A stretch of DNA of 56,983 nt from contig VEQC01000001.1 in NCBI GenBank assembly GCA_018883455.1, positions 1-56,983 on the forward strand, given 5' to 3'. The DNA is from Limnohabitans sp. Lineage in GTDB: Bacteria; Pseudomonadota; Gammaproteobacteria; Burkholderiales; Burkholderiaceae_C. Below are positions 17,066 to 27,212 of the stretch, piece by piece. The position numbers and the translations under genes were made by a program. How positions within the stretch are numbered: the stretch's first letter is position 1; each line of letters begins with the position of its first letter. Under the pieces are notes generated by a model. The model did no database searches. It was given only the letters and a program-made list of their open reading frames with translations, and was not told the DNA's origin.

Positions 17066-18772
17066 ATGACCGATTTGTCAGCCATTCATCAGCACGCCAA
17101 GGCGCGCCCCGTGCGCGCGCCGCGCGGCACCGAAATCAGTTGCGCCAATTGGCTCATTGAAGCGGCCTACCGCATGGTGCAAAACAACCTCGACCCGGAG
17201 GTGGCCGAGAACCCCGACAACCTCGTGGTCTACGGCGGCATTGGCAAGGCCGCGCGCAACTGGGATTGCTTTGAGGCCATCCTCGCCGCGCTGCGCCGCT
17301 TGCGCCCCGACGAGTCGCTGCTCATCCAGAGTGGCAAGCCCGTGGGTGTCTTCAAAACGCATCCCGATGCACCGCGCGTGCTCATTGCCAACTCCAATTT
17401 GGTGCCCAAGTGGGCCAATTGGGAGCATTTCGATGAGCTCGACCGCAAGGGCCTCATGATGTATGGCCAGATGACGGCCGGCTCCTGGATCTACATTGGC
17501 ACCCAGGGCATCGTGCAAGGCACGTATGAGACCTTCGTGGAAGCGGGGCGTCAGCACTACGGCGGCAGCTGGAAGGGGCGCTGGATTCTCACCGCGGGCT
17601 TGGGCGGCATGGGCGGGGCGCAGCCCTTGGCCGCCACGTTTGCCGGGGCGTGCTCGATCAACATCGAGTGCCAGCAAAGCCGCATCGATTTCCGCATCAA
17701 AACCCGCTATGTGGACGAGCAGGCCAAAGACCTGGACGACGCCATCGCCCGCTTGCAGCGCTACCTCGCCCAAGGTGAGGTGCGCTCGATCGCGGTATTG
17801 GGCAACGCGGCGGAGTTGCTGCCCGAGTTGGTGCGTCGCGCCCGCGAAGGCGGCATTCGCCCCGATCTGGTGACGGACCAAACCTCCGCCCACGACCTCT
17901 ACAACGGCTATTTGCCCGCGGGCTGGACCAACGCGCAGTGGCAGGCCGCGCGCGACAACCCCGCCGAGCGCGAGGGCCTGCGGGACGCGGCCGCGCGCAG
18001 CTGTGTCACCCATGTGCAAGCCATGCTCGATTTCCAGAGCATGGGCATTCCCACGGTTGACTACGGCAACAACATTCGCCAAGTCGCCTTTGACATGGGG
18101 CTCAAGAACGCCTTTGATTTCCCGGGCTTCGTGCCGGCCTACATCCGCCCGCTTTTCTGCCAAGGCAAGGGACCATTCCGCTGGGTGGCACTCTCGGGCG
18201 ACCCGGAAGACATTCGCAAGACCGACGCCAAGATGAAGGAGCTCTTCCCCGAAGACAAACACCTGCACCGTTGGCTCGACATGGCGGGCGAGCGCATTGC
18301 CTTTCAGGGCTTGCCCGCACGCATTTGCTGGATTGGTCTGGGCGAGCGCCACCGCGCGGGCCTGGCCTTCAACGAGATGGTGCGCAAGGGCGAGCTCAAA
18401 GCGCCCATCGTGATTGGTCGCGATCACCTCGACAGCGGCTCGGTGGCCAGCCCCAACCGCGAGACCGAGTCCATGCAAGACGGCTCGGACGCGGTCTCGG
18501 ACTGGCCTTTGCTCAACGCCTTGCTCAACACCGCCGGCGGCGCAACTTGGGTGAGCTTGCACCACGGGGGTGGCGTGGGCATGGGCTTCTCGCAACACTC
18601 GGGCGTGGTGATCGTGTGCGACGGCACGCCGGAGGCGGACCAGCGCCTCGCGCGCGTGCTCTGGAACGACCCCGGCACCGGCGTGATGCGCCATGCCGAC
18701 GCGGGCTACACCGTGGCCCAAGACTGCGCACGCGCGCAGGGCCTCGATATGCCCATGTTGCCCAAAGCTTGA
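17066..18772 (+). CDS. hutU: Urocanate hydratase
   Basis: [60 protein letters not shown]; start set at ATG 17066 behind GGAG. Confidence 0.97.
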   Translation: MTDLSAIHQHAKARPVRAPRGTEISCANWLIEAAYRMVQNNLDPEVAENPDNLVVYGGIGKAARNWDCFEAILAALRRLRPDESLLIQSGKPVGVFKTHPDAPRVLIANSNLVPKWANWEHFDELDRKGLMMYGQMTAGSWIYIGTQGIVQGTYETFVEAGRQHYGGSWKGRWILTAGLGGMGGAQPLAATFAGACSINIECQQSRIDFRIKTRYVDEQAKDLDDAIARLQRYLAQGEVRSIAVLGNAAELLPELVRRAREGGIRPDLVTDQTSAHDLYNGYLPAGWTNAQWQAARDNPAEREGLRDAAARSCVTHVQAMLDFQSMGIPTVDYGNNIRQVAFDMGLKNAFDFPGFVPAYIRPLFCQGKGPFRWVALSGDPEDIRKTDAKMKELFPEDKHLHRWLDMAGERIAFQGLPARICWIGLGERHRAGLAFNEMVRKGELKAPIVIGRDHLDSGSVASPNRETESMQDGSDAVSDWPLLNALLNTAGGATWVSLHHGGGVGMGFSQHSGVVIVCDGTPEADQRLARVLWNDPGTGVMRHADAGYTVAQDCARAQGLDMPMLPKA

Positions 18773-18783
18773 GGAGAGCCACG

Positions 18784-19581
18784 ATGTACACGCTCACGCC
18801 CGAACAAATCACGCAGTTTCAAGAAAAGGGAGTGGTGTACCTCCCAGGGGTGTTTGCCGATTGGGTGGCGCCCTTGCGCGAGGCCGTGCAGATGGCGCTT
18901 GATGCGCCGAGCCCGCTTGAGCGCTCCTACCAGCCGCAAGACGGCTCGGCCCCGTTTTTTCAGGACTACTGCAACTGGCAGCGCTTCGCGCCTTTGCACG
19001 ATTTCGTGTTTTCGTCCGAGGCGGGGCGCGTGGCCGCGGGTTTGATGCGCTCGCGCACAGCGCGGTTTTTCCACGACCACATTTTGGTCAAGCGCCCGGG
19101 CACGAGTTTGGTCACGCCCTGGCACCAAGACCTGCCGTACTACTGCGTGCAAGGGGCACAGAGCGTGAGCTTTTGGACGCCCCTCGACCCCGTGGCGCGT
19201 GAGGTCTCGCTCGAATGCGTGGGCGGCTCGCACCGATGGAGCGAGGAGGGCTTTCGGCCCAAGCGCTTCGATGGCTCGAACCTCTATGCGAGTGACGACT
19301 ACAGCGAGATGCCCGACATTGACGCGCACCGCGATGAATTCGAGATTTTCGGTTTCACCTTGCAGCCGGGCGACGCCATCGCGTTCGATTTCCGCACCAT
19401 CCATGGCGCGCCGGGCAACCAATCCACCACAGCGCGGCGCGTGGTCTCCACCCGTTGGGTGGGCGATGACGCGCGCTGGGCCGTGCGCGAGGGCGCAACC
19501 TCGCCGCCTTACCCGCATTTGGATTTACCCGACGGCGCGCCGTTTGACGCGCCGGATTTTCCCCTGGTCTATACCCACTGA
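18784..19581 (+). CDS. Phytanoyl-CoA dioxygenase (PhyH) family Fe(II)/2-oxoglutarate oxygenase
   Basis: TPWHQD (HxD), SFWTPLD, LQPGDAIAF...IHGAPGN...RR; start ATG 18784 behind GAGGAG. Confidence 0.88.
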   Translation: MYTLTPEQITQFQEKGVVYLPGVFADWVAPLREAVQMALDAPSPLERSYQPQDGSAPFFQDYCNWQRFAPLHDFVFSSEAGRVAAGLMRSRTARFFHDHILVKRPGTSLVTPWHQDLPYYCVQGAQSVSFWTPLDPVAREVSLECVGGSHRWSEEGFRPKRFDGSNLYASDDYSEMPDIDAHRDEFEIFGFTLQPGDAIAFDFRTIHGAPGNQSTTARRVVSTRWVGDDARWAVREGATSPPYPHLDLPDGAPFDAPDFPLVYTH

Positions 19582-19599
19582 CTTCACAAAGGAGCGCCC

Positions 19600-20751
19600 A
19601 TGAAGACCTTGTTCACCCGTCGCCTGCTCATTGCCACCGCTGCCCTGGCTTGCCTGGGCGGTCAGGCCCAGGCCCAAAACATCCGCATTGGCTTTCAAGC
19701 CCCGCTCACGGGCCCGGCGGCATCCGATGGCAAGACCGCCTTGCAAGGCGCGCAACTCGCTGTGGAGCAAATCAACGCGGCTGGCGGCATCAAGGGCCGC
19801 ACGCTCGAGCTCGTGGTGCTCGATGACCAAACCCAACCCGCTCAAGCCGTGCCCATCGCCAACAAGTTCATTGGTGACGGCATCAAGGCCGTGATCTCGG
19901 GCAGCTACTCCGGGCCCACCCGCGCCGCTGCGGGCGTGTTCCAAGAAGCCAAGATCCCCTACATCTCTGCCTACGCCATTCACCCCGACATCGTGCGTGC
20001 GGGCAACTACGTGTTTCGCACCTCCTTCATGGGCGAAGTGCAGGGCCGTGCGGCGGCCAAGCTCATTGCCGACATCATGAAGAAAAAGCGCGTGACCATG
20101 GTCAACGTCAACAACGACTTTGGTCAGGCGCTCTCCGCGGGCATGAAGGATGCCGCTCCTAAGCTCGGTTTGCAACTCGTGAGTGAGTACAACTTTGGCA
20201 TGGGCGATCGCCAGTTTGGCTCCATCGTCGCGAGCGTGAAGAAGGACGACCCGGAGGTGGTCTACGTCTCGGGCTACTTCTTCAACGGCGGCCCCCTGGT
20301 GGCTCAGCTCAGGGCCGGTGGCGTGACCGCCCCCATCGTGGGTACCGAGGGTTTTGACACCGTCAACTTCGTGCAAATTGCCAAAGAGGCGGCCGAGGGC
20401 GTGATCATCACCACCTCGCTCGACCGCGACACCACCGATCCGGTCATGAAGAAATTCATCGACGACTACAAGAAGCGCTTCAACGTGGGCGCGGAGATGG
20501 TGGCTGCGAGCACGCACACCGCGGTCAACGTGCTGGCCGAAGCCATCAAGAAGGTGGGCATTGACGACACGGCCAAGCTGCGCGATGCGATCGCCGCGAC
20601 CAAGAACATGCCTTCGGCGGCGGGCACCATCACCTTCAACAATTCGCGCGAGGTCTACAAGGCCGCGCAAATCCAGGTCATCAAGGGCGGTGAGTTCAAG
20701 CGCTTTGCCGTCATTGACGACCCGGTGCTGCTCGCGCCCCCGAACTATTGA
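19600..20751 (+). CDS. Liv/HAAT-type ABC substrate-binding protein
   Basis: Signal peptide; IGFQAPLTG, AVEQINAAGGIKG, YVFRT. Confidence 0.9.
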   Translation: MKTLFTRRLLIATAALACLGGQAQAQNIRIGFQAPLTGPAASDGKTALQGAQLAVEQINAAGGIKGRTLELVVLDDQTQPAQAVPIANKFIGDGIKAVISGSYSGPTRAAAGVFQEAKIPYISAYAIHPDIVRAGNYVFRTSFMGEVQGRAAAKLIADIMKKKRVTMVNVNNDFGQALSAGMKDAAPKLGLQLVSEYNFGMGDRQFGSIVASVKKDDPEVVYVSGYFFNGGPLVAQLRAGGVTAPIVGTEGFDTVNFVQIAKEAAEGVIITTSLDRDTTDPVMKKFIDDYKKRFNVGAEMVAASTHTAVNVLAEAIKKVGIDDTAKLRDAIAATKNMPSAAGTITFNNSREVYKAAQIQVIKGGEFKRFAVIDDPVLLAPPNY

Positions 20752-20772
20752 TCGTCAAAGGCGGGCCCGCGC

Positions 20773-21639
20773 GTGTATTACCTTGACTTGTTGGTCATCG
20801 GTCTGGTCTGGGGCTGCACCTACGCCATGATGGCGCTGGGGCTGACCCTGGTCTATGGCCTGTTGCGCATCTTGCATGTGGCGCAGGCCACGGTCTTCAC
20901 GCTCGGGGCCTACGCGGGCTTGCTCGTGGCCAATGGCACGGGCTCGCTGGCGCTGGCTTTTGCGGCGGCCATTGGCGCGGCGTGTTTGGCGGGCGTGGTG
21001 ATCTACCGCTGGGTGTATGAGCCCGTGCTCGACAAACCGCCCTTTGTGCCTTTGGTGGCCTCCATTGGCTTGCTCATTGCCATGGAAGATGGCTTTCGCT
21101 TGGTGTTCGGCCCGTATGGCTTGTCGTTCACGAACAACCCCTGGTTTGCCACCATGCTGGGCGTGGCGGGCATCCAGATCAACCTCGTGCAAGCGGTACT
21201 GGTGATCACCGCGGTGCTGAGCATTGGCGTCTTGGCGTGGGTGGCGTCTTCCACGCGCCTGGGCGTGGGCTTGCGCGCCACAGTGACCGATCCGGCCATG
21301 GCCGAGAGCTTTGGGGTCAACCGCGTGCAGGTGCGCACCGCCACCTTCCTCGTGGCTTCGGCGCTCGCGGGCGTCTCGGGCTTGTTGGTGGGCATGCTCA
21401 ACAATCTGGTGGAGCCCGGCATGGGCGGCCTCATTGCCTACAAGGGCTTGGCCATCATTGTGTTGGGCGGCTTGGGCAGCGTCTCGGGCACTTTGCTCGC
21501 GAGCATTTTGTTTGGGCTGATCGAGAGTTTTGGCACCGTCATGCTCGATCAGGTGATGGACCGCGATGCGGTGGCCTTTTTGTTCATGTTGCTCATGTTG
21601 TTGGTACGGCCTCAAGGGCTTTTGGGTAAGGCGCGCTGA
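20773..21639 (+). CDS. LivH-like ABC permease
   Basis: YAMMALGLTLVYG, IIVLGGLGS, LVRPQGLLG. Confidence 0.88.
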   Translation: MYYLDLLVIGLVWGCTYAMMALGLTLVYGLLRILHVAQATVFTLGAYAGLLVANGTGSLALAFAAAIGAACLAGVVIYRWVYEPVLDKPPFVPLVASIGLLIAMEDGFRLVFGPYGLSFTNNPWFATMLGVAGIQINLVQAVLVITAVLSIGVLAWVASSTRLGVGLRATVTDPAMAESFGVNRVQVRTATFLVASALAGVSGLLVGMLNNLVEPGMGGLIAYKGLAIIVLGGLGSVSGTLLASILFGLIESFGTVMLDQVMDRDAVAFLFMLLMLLVRPQGLLGKAR

Positions 21640-22493
21640 TGGACTACTACTTATCAGTGGCCACCTTCGCGGCCTTGCACATCATTCTGGCGGTGGGTCT
21701 CAACCTGGTGATGGGCTTTTGCGGCCAGGTGAGTTTGGGCCACGCGGCCTTCTACGGTATTGGCGCTTACGCCAGCGCTTTGTTGTCGGTTGCCGGGTGG
21801 TCGTTTCCCGTGGCCATGCTCGGGGGCATGTTGGCTGCGGGGGCTCTGGGCATCGTCACCGGTTTGGCGGCGCTGCGGTTTCGGGAAGACTTTTTGGCCA
21901 TCGCCACCATGGCGATTGGCTTTATCTTTGTGGGCACGGCGCGCAAGCTCTCGTGGCTCGGCGGGGAGATGGGCATTAGCAAAATTCCCTCGCCCTTGAG
22001 CAAGCACGAATACGCCTGGCTCGCCATGGCGGCCGCGCTGGTGCTCATTCTCTTTAGCCTGCACGTGCGGCGCAGCTGGATGGGGCGCGCCTTCAGTGGC
22101 GTGGCGCAAGACGAGGTGCAAGCGCAAACGATTGGCATTGACATCGCGGGCTACAAGATTGCGGCGTTTTTCTTGGGCACCGCCTCGGCGGGTTTTGCCG
22201 GGGGGCTTTACGCGCACATGACACAGCTCATCGTGCCCGACGCCTTTGGCTTTGTGGTCTCGATCTCCATTCTGGCCATGGTGGTGGTGGGCGGTGTGGG
22301 CTCCACGCTCGGCGTGGCCACGGGGGCGGTGGTGCTCACCCTCATGCCCGAAGTGTTTCGCATCATCAACGACTACAAGCTGCTCGTCTACGGCGGCTTG
22401 CTCTTGGGGGTGATGATGTTTAGCCCACAAGGCCTCGCCGGTTTGCTCGCCCAAGCGCGCGCGGCGCTGCGCCCGCGCCAGGAGGGGGTGTGA
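21639..22493 (+). CDS. LivM-like ABC permease
   Basis: GQVSLGHAAFYGIGAY, MVVVGGVGS, PQGL. Confidence 0.88.
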   Translation: MDYYLSVATFAALHIILAVGLNLVMGFCGQVSLGHAAFYGIGAYASALLSVAGWSFPVAMLGGMLAAGALGIVTGLAALRFREDFLAIATMAIGFIFVGTARKLSWLGGEMGISKIPSPLSKHEYAWLAMAAALVLILFSLHVRRSWMGRAFSGVAQDEVQAQTIGIDIAGYKIAAFFLGTASAGFAGGLYAHMTQLIVPDAFGFVVSISILAMVVVGGVGSTLGVATGAVVLTLMPEVFRIINDYKLLVYGGLLLGVMMFSPQGLAGLLAQARAALRPRQEGV

Positions 22494-23236
22494 TGCTACA
22501 AGTGGTGGACTTGGCCATTTCCTTTGGCGGCGTGGCCGCGGTCAAGGGCGTGTCCCTCACCGTGGGCGCGGGAGAGTTTGTCGGGCTCATTGGCCCCAAC
22601 GGCGCGGGCAAGACAACCTTGCTGCGCCTCATGACCGGGGTGTTGACGCCCGATCGCGGTCGGGTGCGCTTTGCCGATCAAGACATCACGCGCATGAGCG
22701 TGGACCAGCGCGCGCGCTTGGGCTTTGTGATGACGCACCAAATCGTGCGCCCGTTTCGCCAAATGACGCTCTTGGAGAACGCCACTTTGGCCGCCGGGCA
22801 CGCCCTCACGCGCCAACCGTGGCTCGCGCTCTGGCGCACCGACGCCCGCGCGGCGCAGGTGCGTGCCCAGCAAGAGCTCGAGCGCGTGGGCATTGCCGAT
22901 GCCGCGCACAAGCTCGCGAGTCAGGTGCCCCTGGGCTACCTCAAGCGCTTGCAAGTGGCCATGGCCTTGGCGCTCGACCCACGCTTTGTCATGCTCGATG
23001 AACCCCTGGCAGGGCTCAACTATCACGAGGCCGAGCGCTTCTCCAACCTCTTGGTCGATCTGCACCAACAGGGCCTGAGTTTGCTGCTGGTCGAGCACAA
23101 CTTGGGCGAGGTGCTGCGCGTGGCGAAACGCTTGGTCGTGATCGACAGCGGCGCCGTGTTGGCCGATGGCGTGCCCTCGGCGGTGATGGCGCAGCCCGAG
23201 GTGCGCCGCGCTTACTTGGGAGAGGCCCATGCTTGA
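22490..23236 (+). CDS. LivG-like ABC ATPase
   Basis: GPNGAGKT, MLDEPLAGL, LVEHN, AYLG. Confidence 0.9.
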   Translation: MMLQVVDLAISFGGVAAVKGVSLTVGAGEFVGLIGPNGAGKTTLLRLMTGVLTPDRGRVRFADQDITRMSVDQRARLGFVMTHQIVRPFRQMTLLENATLAAGHALTRQPWLALWRTDARAAQVRAQQELERVGIADAAHKLASQVPLGYLKRLQVAMALALDPRFVMLDEPLAGLNYHEAERFSNLLVDLHQQGLSLLLVEHNLGEVLRVAKRLVVIDSGAVLADGVPSAVMAQPEVRRAYLGEAHA

Positions 23237-23927
23237 GTTGCAGGGATTGCGCGCCGGCTACGGCAGCATTGAAGCGGTGCACGGCATCGACCTGCGCGTG
23301 CCGCAAGGGCAGATCACGGCCATCATCGGGCCCAACGGCGCGGGCAAATCCTCCACCATGCTCGCCATCGTGGGGCAGGTGCGCACGATGGGCGGAAGCG
23401 TGCGCTTCCAAGGCGAAGACATCACGGGCCTAGGGCCCGCCGAGCGCACCCGGCGTGGGATCGCCATCGCGCCCGAGGGGCGGCGCATCTTTGCCGACCT
23501 CACGGTGCGCGAGAACCTCATTGTGGGGGGCTACTTGCACACGCCCGCCGAGGCTGCCGCGCGCGAGGAAGAAGTGCTGCAACTCTTTCCCCGCTTGCGC
23601 GAACGCGCGCAGCAGCGCGCGGGTTCGCTCTCGGGGGGCGAGCAGCAGATGCTCGCCATCGGGCGTGCGCTCATGGCGCGCCCGCAGCTCCTCTTGGTCG
23701 ATGAGCTCTCCCTGGGCCTCATGCCCAAGGTGGTGGACGACATCTTTGCCGCGCTCTTGCAGCTCAAGGCGGCGGGGCTCACGGTCTTGCTCGTGGAGCA
23801 AAACATCCAACGGGTGCTGGCCGACGCCGATCAAGTGGCCGTGCTCACGGCAGGTCGCCTGGCTTACTTCGGCCCTGCTGATCAAGCCGCCGCCCAAACC
23901 GATCTGGCTAAACTCCTGCTGAGCTGA
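23229..23927 (+). CDS. LivF-like ABC ATPase
   Basis: GPNGAGKS, PEGRRIF, LSGGEQQMLAIGRALM, VEQN. Confidence 0.9.
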   Translation: MLELQGLRAGYGSIEAVHGIDLRVPQGQITAIIGPNGAGKSSTMLAIVGQVRTMGGSVRFQGEDITGLGPAERTRRGIAIAPEGRRIFADLTVRENLIVGGYLHTPAEAAAREEEVLQLFPRLRERAQQRAGSLSGGEQQMLAIGRALMARPQLLLVDELSLGLMPKVVDDIFAALLQLKAAGLTVLLVEQNIQRVLADADQVAVLTAGRLAYFGPADQAAAQTDLAKLLLS

Positions 23928-23957
23928 CCTGAGTCCATCGGGTCAAAGGAGCGCCTT

Positions 23958-24962
23958 TTGACCGATACTGCCCCTCACTCTGCGCGCCGTCGCTGGCCAA
24001 GCTTGCTCTTGGGCGCGGCGCTCTTGCTGGCCCTCGTCATCACCCTTGGACCCCGTAACGCCTTTGGCCCCGACATGCCCACGTCACGCCCCCAACCCCC
24101 GCAAGAATTGACCCAGCTCGACGCTTGGCTGGCCGAGCGAGAAGCCGCGGTGCCGGGGCTGCGCCCCGACGTGGCCAAACGCATCACCTGGCATGCCCAT
24201 GTGGGGCAGGTCACGCCTTGGGCGGTGGTGTATGTGCACGGCTTTAGCGCCTCGCGCCTAGAGACCGAGCCGCTGGCCTATGGGCTCGCGCAAGCGCTGG
24301 GCGCGAACCTGTTTGAGACACGCCTCACCGGGCATGGGCAAAACGCCCAAGCCCTAGGGGAGGCCACCGCCCAAGACTGGTTGGCCGACACCGAGGAGGC
24401 GCTGGCGCTGGGCCGGCGGCTGGGCCAGCGGGTCTTGTTTTTGAGTGTCTCCACCGGCGGCACGCTCGCCACTTGGATGGGCATGCGCCCCGAGGGACGC
24501 GAGGGGGTGGTGCACGTGATGATGTCGCCCAACTTCGGGCCGCGCCATCCCCTTGCTGAAGTGGTGAATTGGCCTTGGGGGCGGCAACTCGCGCGTTGGA
24601 TTGAAGGGGACATGCGCGGGCCCCAGCCGCGCAATGCTGCGGAGGCGCAGGCCTGGACGTCGCCTTATCCCACGCAGGCGGTGTTTCCCATGATGGCCTT
24701 GGTCAAACAGGTGCGCCAGAGCGACCTCTCGGCCTTCACCGCGCCGGTGCTCGTGCTCTACGCCGAGGGCGATCAAACCGTGGACCCTGCGCAAACCAAG
24801 GCCGCGTTTGCGCGCCTGGGCTCGGCGCAGAAAACCCTGCTGCGTGTGGACGACAGCGAATCGCCCGGGCAACACGTGCTCGCGGGCGAGCGGCTCGCGC
24901 CGCGCAGCACCGGCCCCATTCAGCAACGCATTTTGGCGTGGGTGACGCAGCTGCCCCGCTGA
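23958..24962 (+). CDS. Membrane-anchored alpha/beta hydrolase (esterase/lysophospholipase-like)
   Basis: TTG start after AAGGAG; HGFS oxyanion loop, SVSTGG elbow, GDQTV acid, QHVLAG His. Confidence 0.8.
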   Translation: MTDTAPHSARRRWPSLLLGAALLLALVITLGPRNAFGPDMPTSRPQPPQELTQLDAWLAEREAAVPGLRPDVAKRITWHAHVGQVTPWAVVYVHGFSASRLETEPLAYGLAQALGANLFETRLTGHGQNAQALGEATAQDWLADTEEALALGRRLGQRVLFLSVSTGGTLATWMGMRPEGREGVVHVMMSPNFGPRHPLAEVVNWPWGRQLARWIEGDMRGPQPRNAAEAQAWTSPYPTQAVFPMMALVKQVRQSDLSAFTAPVLVLYAEGDQTVDPAQTKAAFARLGSAQKTLLRVDDSESPGQHVLAGERLAPRSTGPIQQRILAWVTQLPR

Positions 24963-25009
24963 GGCGCTTTCATGGGTTTGTCATGGTCCACAGGTATGAT
25001 GGCCAACGC

Positions 25010-25729
25010 ATGAAAAAGTATATATTCCAGGGTTTGCTCTGCCTGGCCTTCGTGGCTGCCACGGGTGTGAGTCATGCGGCTCGCCCCATGAGCACCGACG
25101 ACGCCAACGTGGTCGATGCCCATGCCTGCCAACTCGAGACCTGGCTGAAGTTCAACCACGGCTCCACCGAGTATTGGGCCATTCCGGGTTGCAACTTCGG
25201 CTATGACATCGAATGGAGCCTGGGCGGCCAGGTGCAGTGGAATGGCCCAGAGGTGCCCCAAGCGCGCGGGTACTCGCGCGTGTTTCAGGTCAAGAAGCGT
25301 TGGAAACCGGTTGGCGTGGGCGAGTGGGGCATCTCCACCACCCTCGGGCGTGGACACAACCAGTGGACCGATGGCACGGCGGACTTGCACCATGACCGCT
25401 ATGTGAACGTGCCCATGACCTACCTCTTTGCCAACGGGGCTTTGCTGCACGTCAATGTGGGCGCGATGCAGCACCTCGATTTGCGCCAAACCCACCGAAC
25501 CTGGGGGCTGGGCGCGGAGTACCCCGTGAATGGGCGCACGTATGTGATTGCCGAAACCTATGCCGAGCGCACCCAGGGCAGCCGCTACCAAGTGGGCTTG
25601 CGGGTGTGGCTCAAGCCCCAGCGCTTGCAACTCGACACCACCTATGGCAACCGTCGCAGCTGGGACGCGCCCAGCCAAAGCGGCTGGTTCACCTTGGGAC
25701 TGCGTTGGTTGGGCGAGCCCCTCTATTAA
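25010..25729 (+). CDS. Exported hypothetical protein, probable outer-membrane beta-barrel
   Basis: Signal peptide MKKYIF...SHA; RPMSTDDA N-terminus; alternating amphipathic strands; C-terminal WFTLGLRW. Confidence 0.65.
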   Translation: MKKYIFQGLLCLAFVAATGVSHAARPMSTDDANVVDAHACQLETWLKFNHGSTEYWAIPGCNFGYDIEWSLGGQVQWNGPEVPQARGYSRVFQVKKRWKPVGVGEWGISTTLGRGHNQWTDGTADLHHDRYVNVPMTYLFANGALLHVNVGAMQHLDLRQTHRTWGLGAEYPVNGRTYVIAETYAERTQGSRYQVGLRVWLKPQRLQLDTTYGNRRSWDAPSQSGWFTLGLRWLGEPLY

Positions 25730-25779
25730 TCTGGCGGCGCTTGCCCTAGACTGCCCCCATTGTTTGACAGGCGCGCACC

Positions 25780-26586
25780 ATGACCCCTCCCCGACTCCCC
25801 CAAGCCCTGGATTTCGCGCAAGAGGTGCGCGTGCTGGCCGACTTGCTGCAAAACTTGGCCGAGGCCGATTGGTCTGTGCCCACCCGCTTCAAGCAGTGGA
25901 CGCCCACGGATATCGTGCGGCATTTGCATTTCTGGAACGAGGCGGCCGATTGGTCGGCCCAACGCCCCGAGGCGTTTGCCGCGCGTTGGGAGACCGTCAA
26001 AGCGGCCATCGCCAGCGGGCAGGGCATGCGCGTGGCCGAGCAGGCGGCCGTGCCCATGCAAGGGGTGGCCCTGTTTGCGCGCTGGCGCGACGACGCGCTG
26101 GCCATGGCCGAGCGCTGGGCGGACATGGACCCGCAGCAACGCTTGCCCTGGGCCGGGCCACCGATGTCGGCGCGCTCGAGCATCACGGCGCGGCAGATGG
26201 AAACCTGGGCGCATGGCCAAGCCTTGTTCGATGCGCAACAGCGCACACGGGTGGAGTCCGATCGGCTGCGCAACATCGTGGTGCTCGGGGTCAACACCTT
26301 TGGCTGGAGCCATCAGGTGCGGGGCTGGGCGGTGCCCGCGCAAATGCCGCAATTGGTCTTGCAAAGCCCCTCGGGCGAGACCTGGACCTTTGGTGAGCCC
26401 AACGAGGCCGGGCGCATCACCGGCTCGGCCGTGGCATTTTGCCAAGTGGTCACCCAAACGCGCCATGTGGCCGACACCGATCTCTCGGTGCAAGGCGAGG
26501 TGGCCGAGCGCTGGATGGCCAACGCCCAGTGCTTTGCCGGCCCGCCCGAGACCCCACCCGCCCCGGGTGCGCGTCGTCCGGGCTGA
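25780..26586 (+). CDS. TIGR03084-family (MDMPI/DinB-like) metal-binding protein
   Basis: WTPTDIVRHLH, LPWAGPPMSARSSITARQMETWAHGQ, FCQVVTQTRH, AQCFAGPP. Confidence 0.85.
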   Translation: MTPPRLPQALDFAQEVRVLADLLQNLAEADWSVPTRFKQWTPTDIVRHLHFWNEAADWSAQRPEAFAARWETVKAAIASGQGMRVAEQAAVPMQGVALFARWRDDALAMAERWADMDPQQRLPWAGPPMSARSSITARQMETWAHGQALFDAQQRTRVESDRLRNIVVLGVNTFGWSHQVRGWAVPAQMPQLVLQSPSGETWTFGEPNEAGRITGSAVAFCQVVTQTRHVADTDLSVQGEVAERWMANAQCFAGPPETPPAPGARRPG

Positions 26587-26612
26587 GCGTTTCATCATCC
26601 TGTCAAAAAAAC

Positions 26613-26629
26613 TTGGCACGCTTGATGCG
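26613..26629 (+). promoter_or_regulatory. Sigma54 (-24/-12) promoter
   Basis: TTGGCACG-CTTG-ATGC matches YTGGCACG-N4-TTGC with correct GG/GC spacing; predicted TSS near 26640. Confidence 0.65.
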
Positions 26630-26761
26630 TGTGCCCGGATGACGGGTGGCGCTGGGGCCGATCAATATCCTTATTGAACGTTTCAACCAGGGCCGATCAG
26701 CCCACCTGTCACCCCCATCGCCAAAAGGAGGCTGGCACACGCAACACGCAAGGAGTCGATC

Positions 26762-27208
26762 ATGGATGAAGGACAGGATTTAAGGGTGGACGCCTACCAG
26801 GGTTCTTGGGGCGGCCATGCGCAGGGTGGCGCGCAGGAGCAATCCAGACAGCGTCGCCATCAATTGCATGTGTTGTTTGACGCCCTCGACGAGGGCGCAC
26901 TCGATGCGGCGCGACAGGCCTTTGCCGCCTTGGTGCGCTTAGACGCCGTGCTCGCGCACGACCCCACCATGAGCCAGATCGGCAGTGCGTTGCAAAGCAG
27001 CCAAATGCACGCGGCGCGCTATTTCGCGCGCGTCTTGCGTGCCCGCATGCAGACCCTGGGGGCAAACGCCTCGGGGCCGACGGCCAGCGCCAAGCCAGCA
27101 GAGCCTCACGCGGCGGCGCCGAGCGCCCACGGCAAACCTGTGGCGCCCGCCTCGCGCGCGGGCTTGGCCTTGCGCCAAGGCCTGCACATCGTGGACGTGC
27201 GGGCCTGA
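26762..27208 (+). CDS. Hypothetical protein (148 aa) ending GLHIVDVRA
   Basis: AAGGAG RBS; fills the gap downstream of the sigma54-type promoter. Confidence 0.65.
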   Translation: MDEGQDLRVDAYQGSWGGHAQGGAQEQSRQRRHQLHVLFDALDEGALDAARQAFAALVRLDAVLAHDPTMSQIGSALQSSQMHAARYFARVLRARMQTLGANASGPTASAKPAEPHAAAPSAHGKPVAPASRAGLALRQGLHIVDVRA

Positions 27209-27212
27209 GCGC

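Noticed and set aside
14398-18721. Long opposite-strand ORFs over the hut genes (14398-16251 plus, 17078-18721 minus) and the long N-terminal extensions of hutI and hutD
   Set aside because: Shadows caused by GC-biased codon usage; the true starts are supported by homology motifs and stop/start overlaps.
26626-26743. Possible 6S RNA or known riboswitch
   Set aside because: Shorter than 6S, lacks the usual zapA/ygfA context, and has no riboswitch consensus I can recognise; kept only as an unassigned structured leader.
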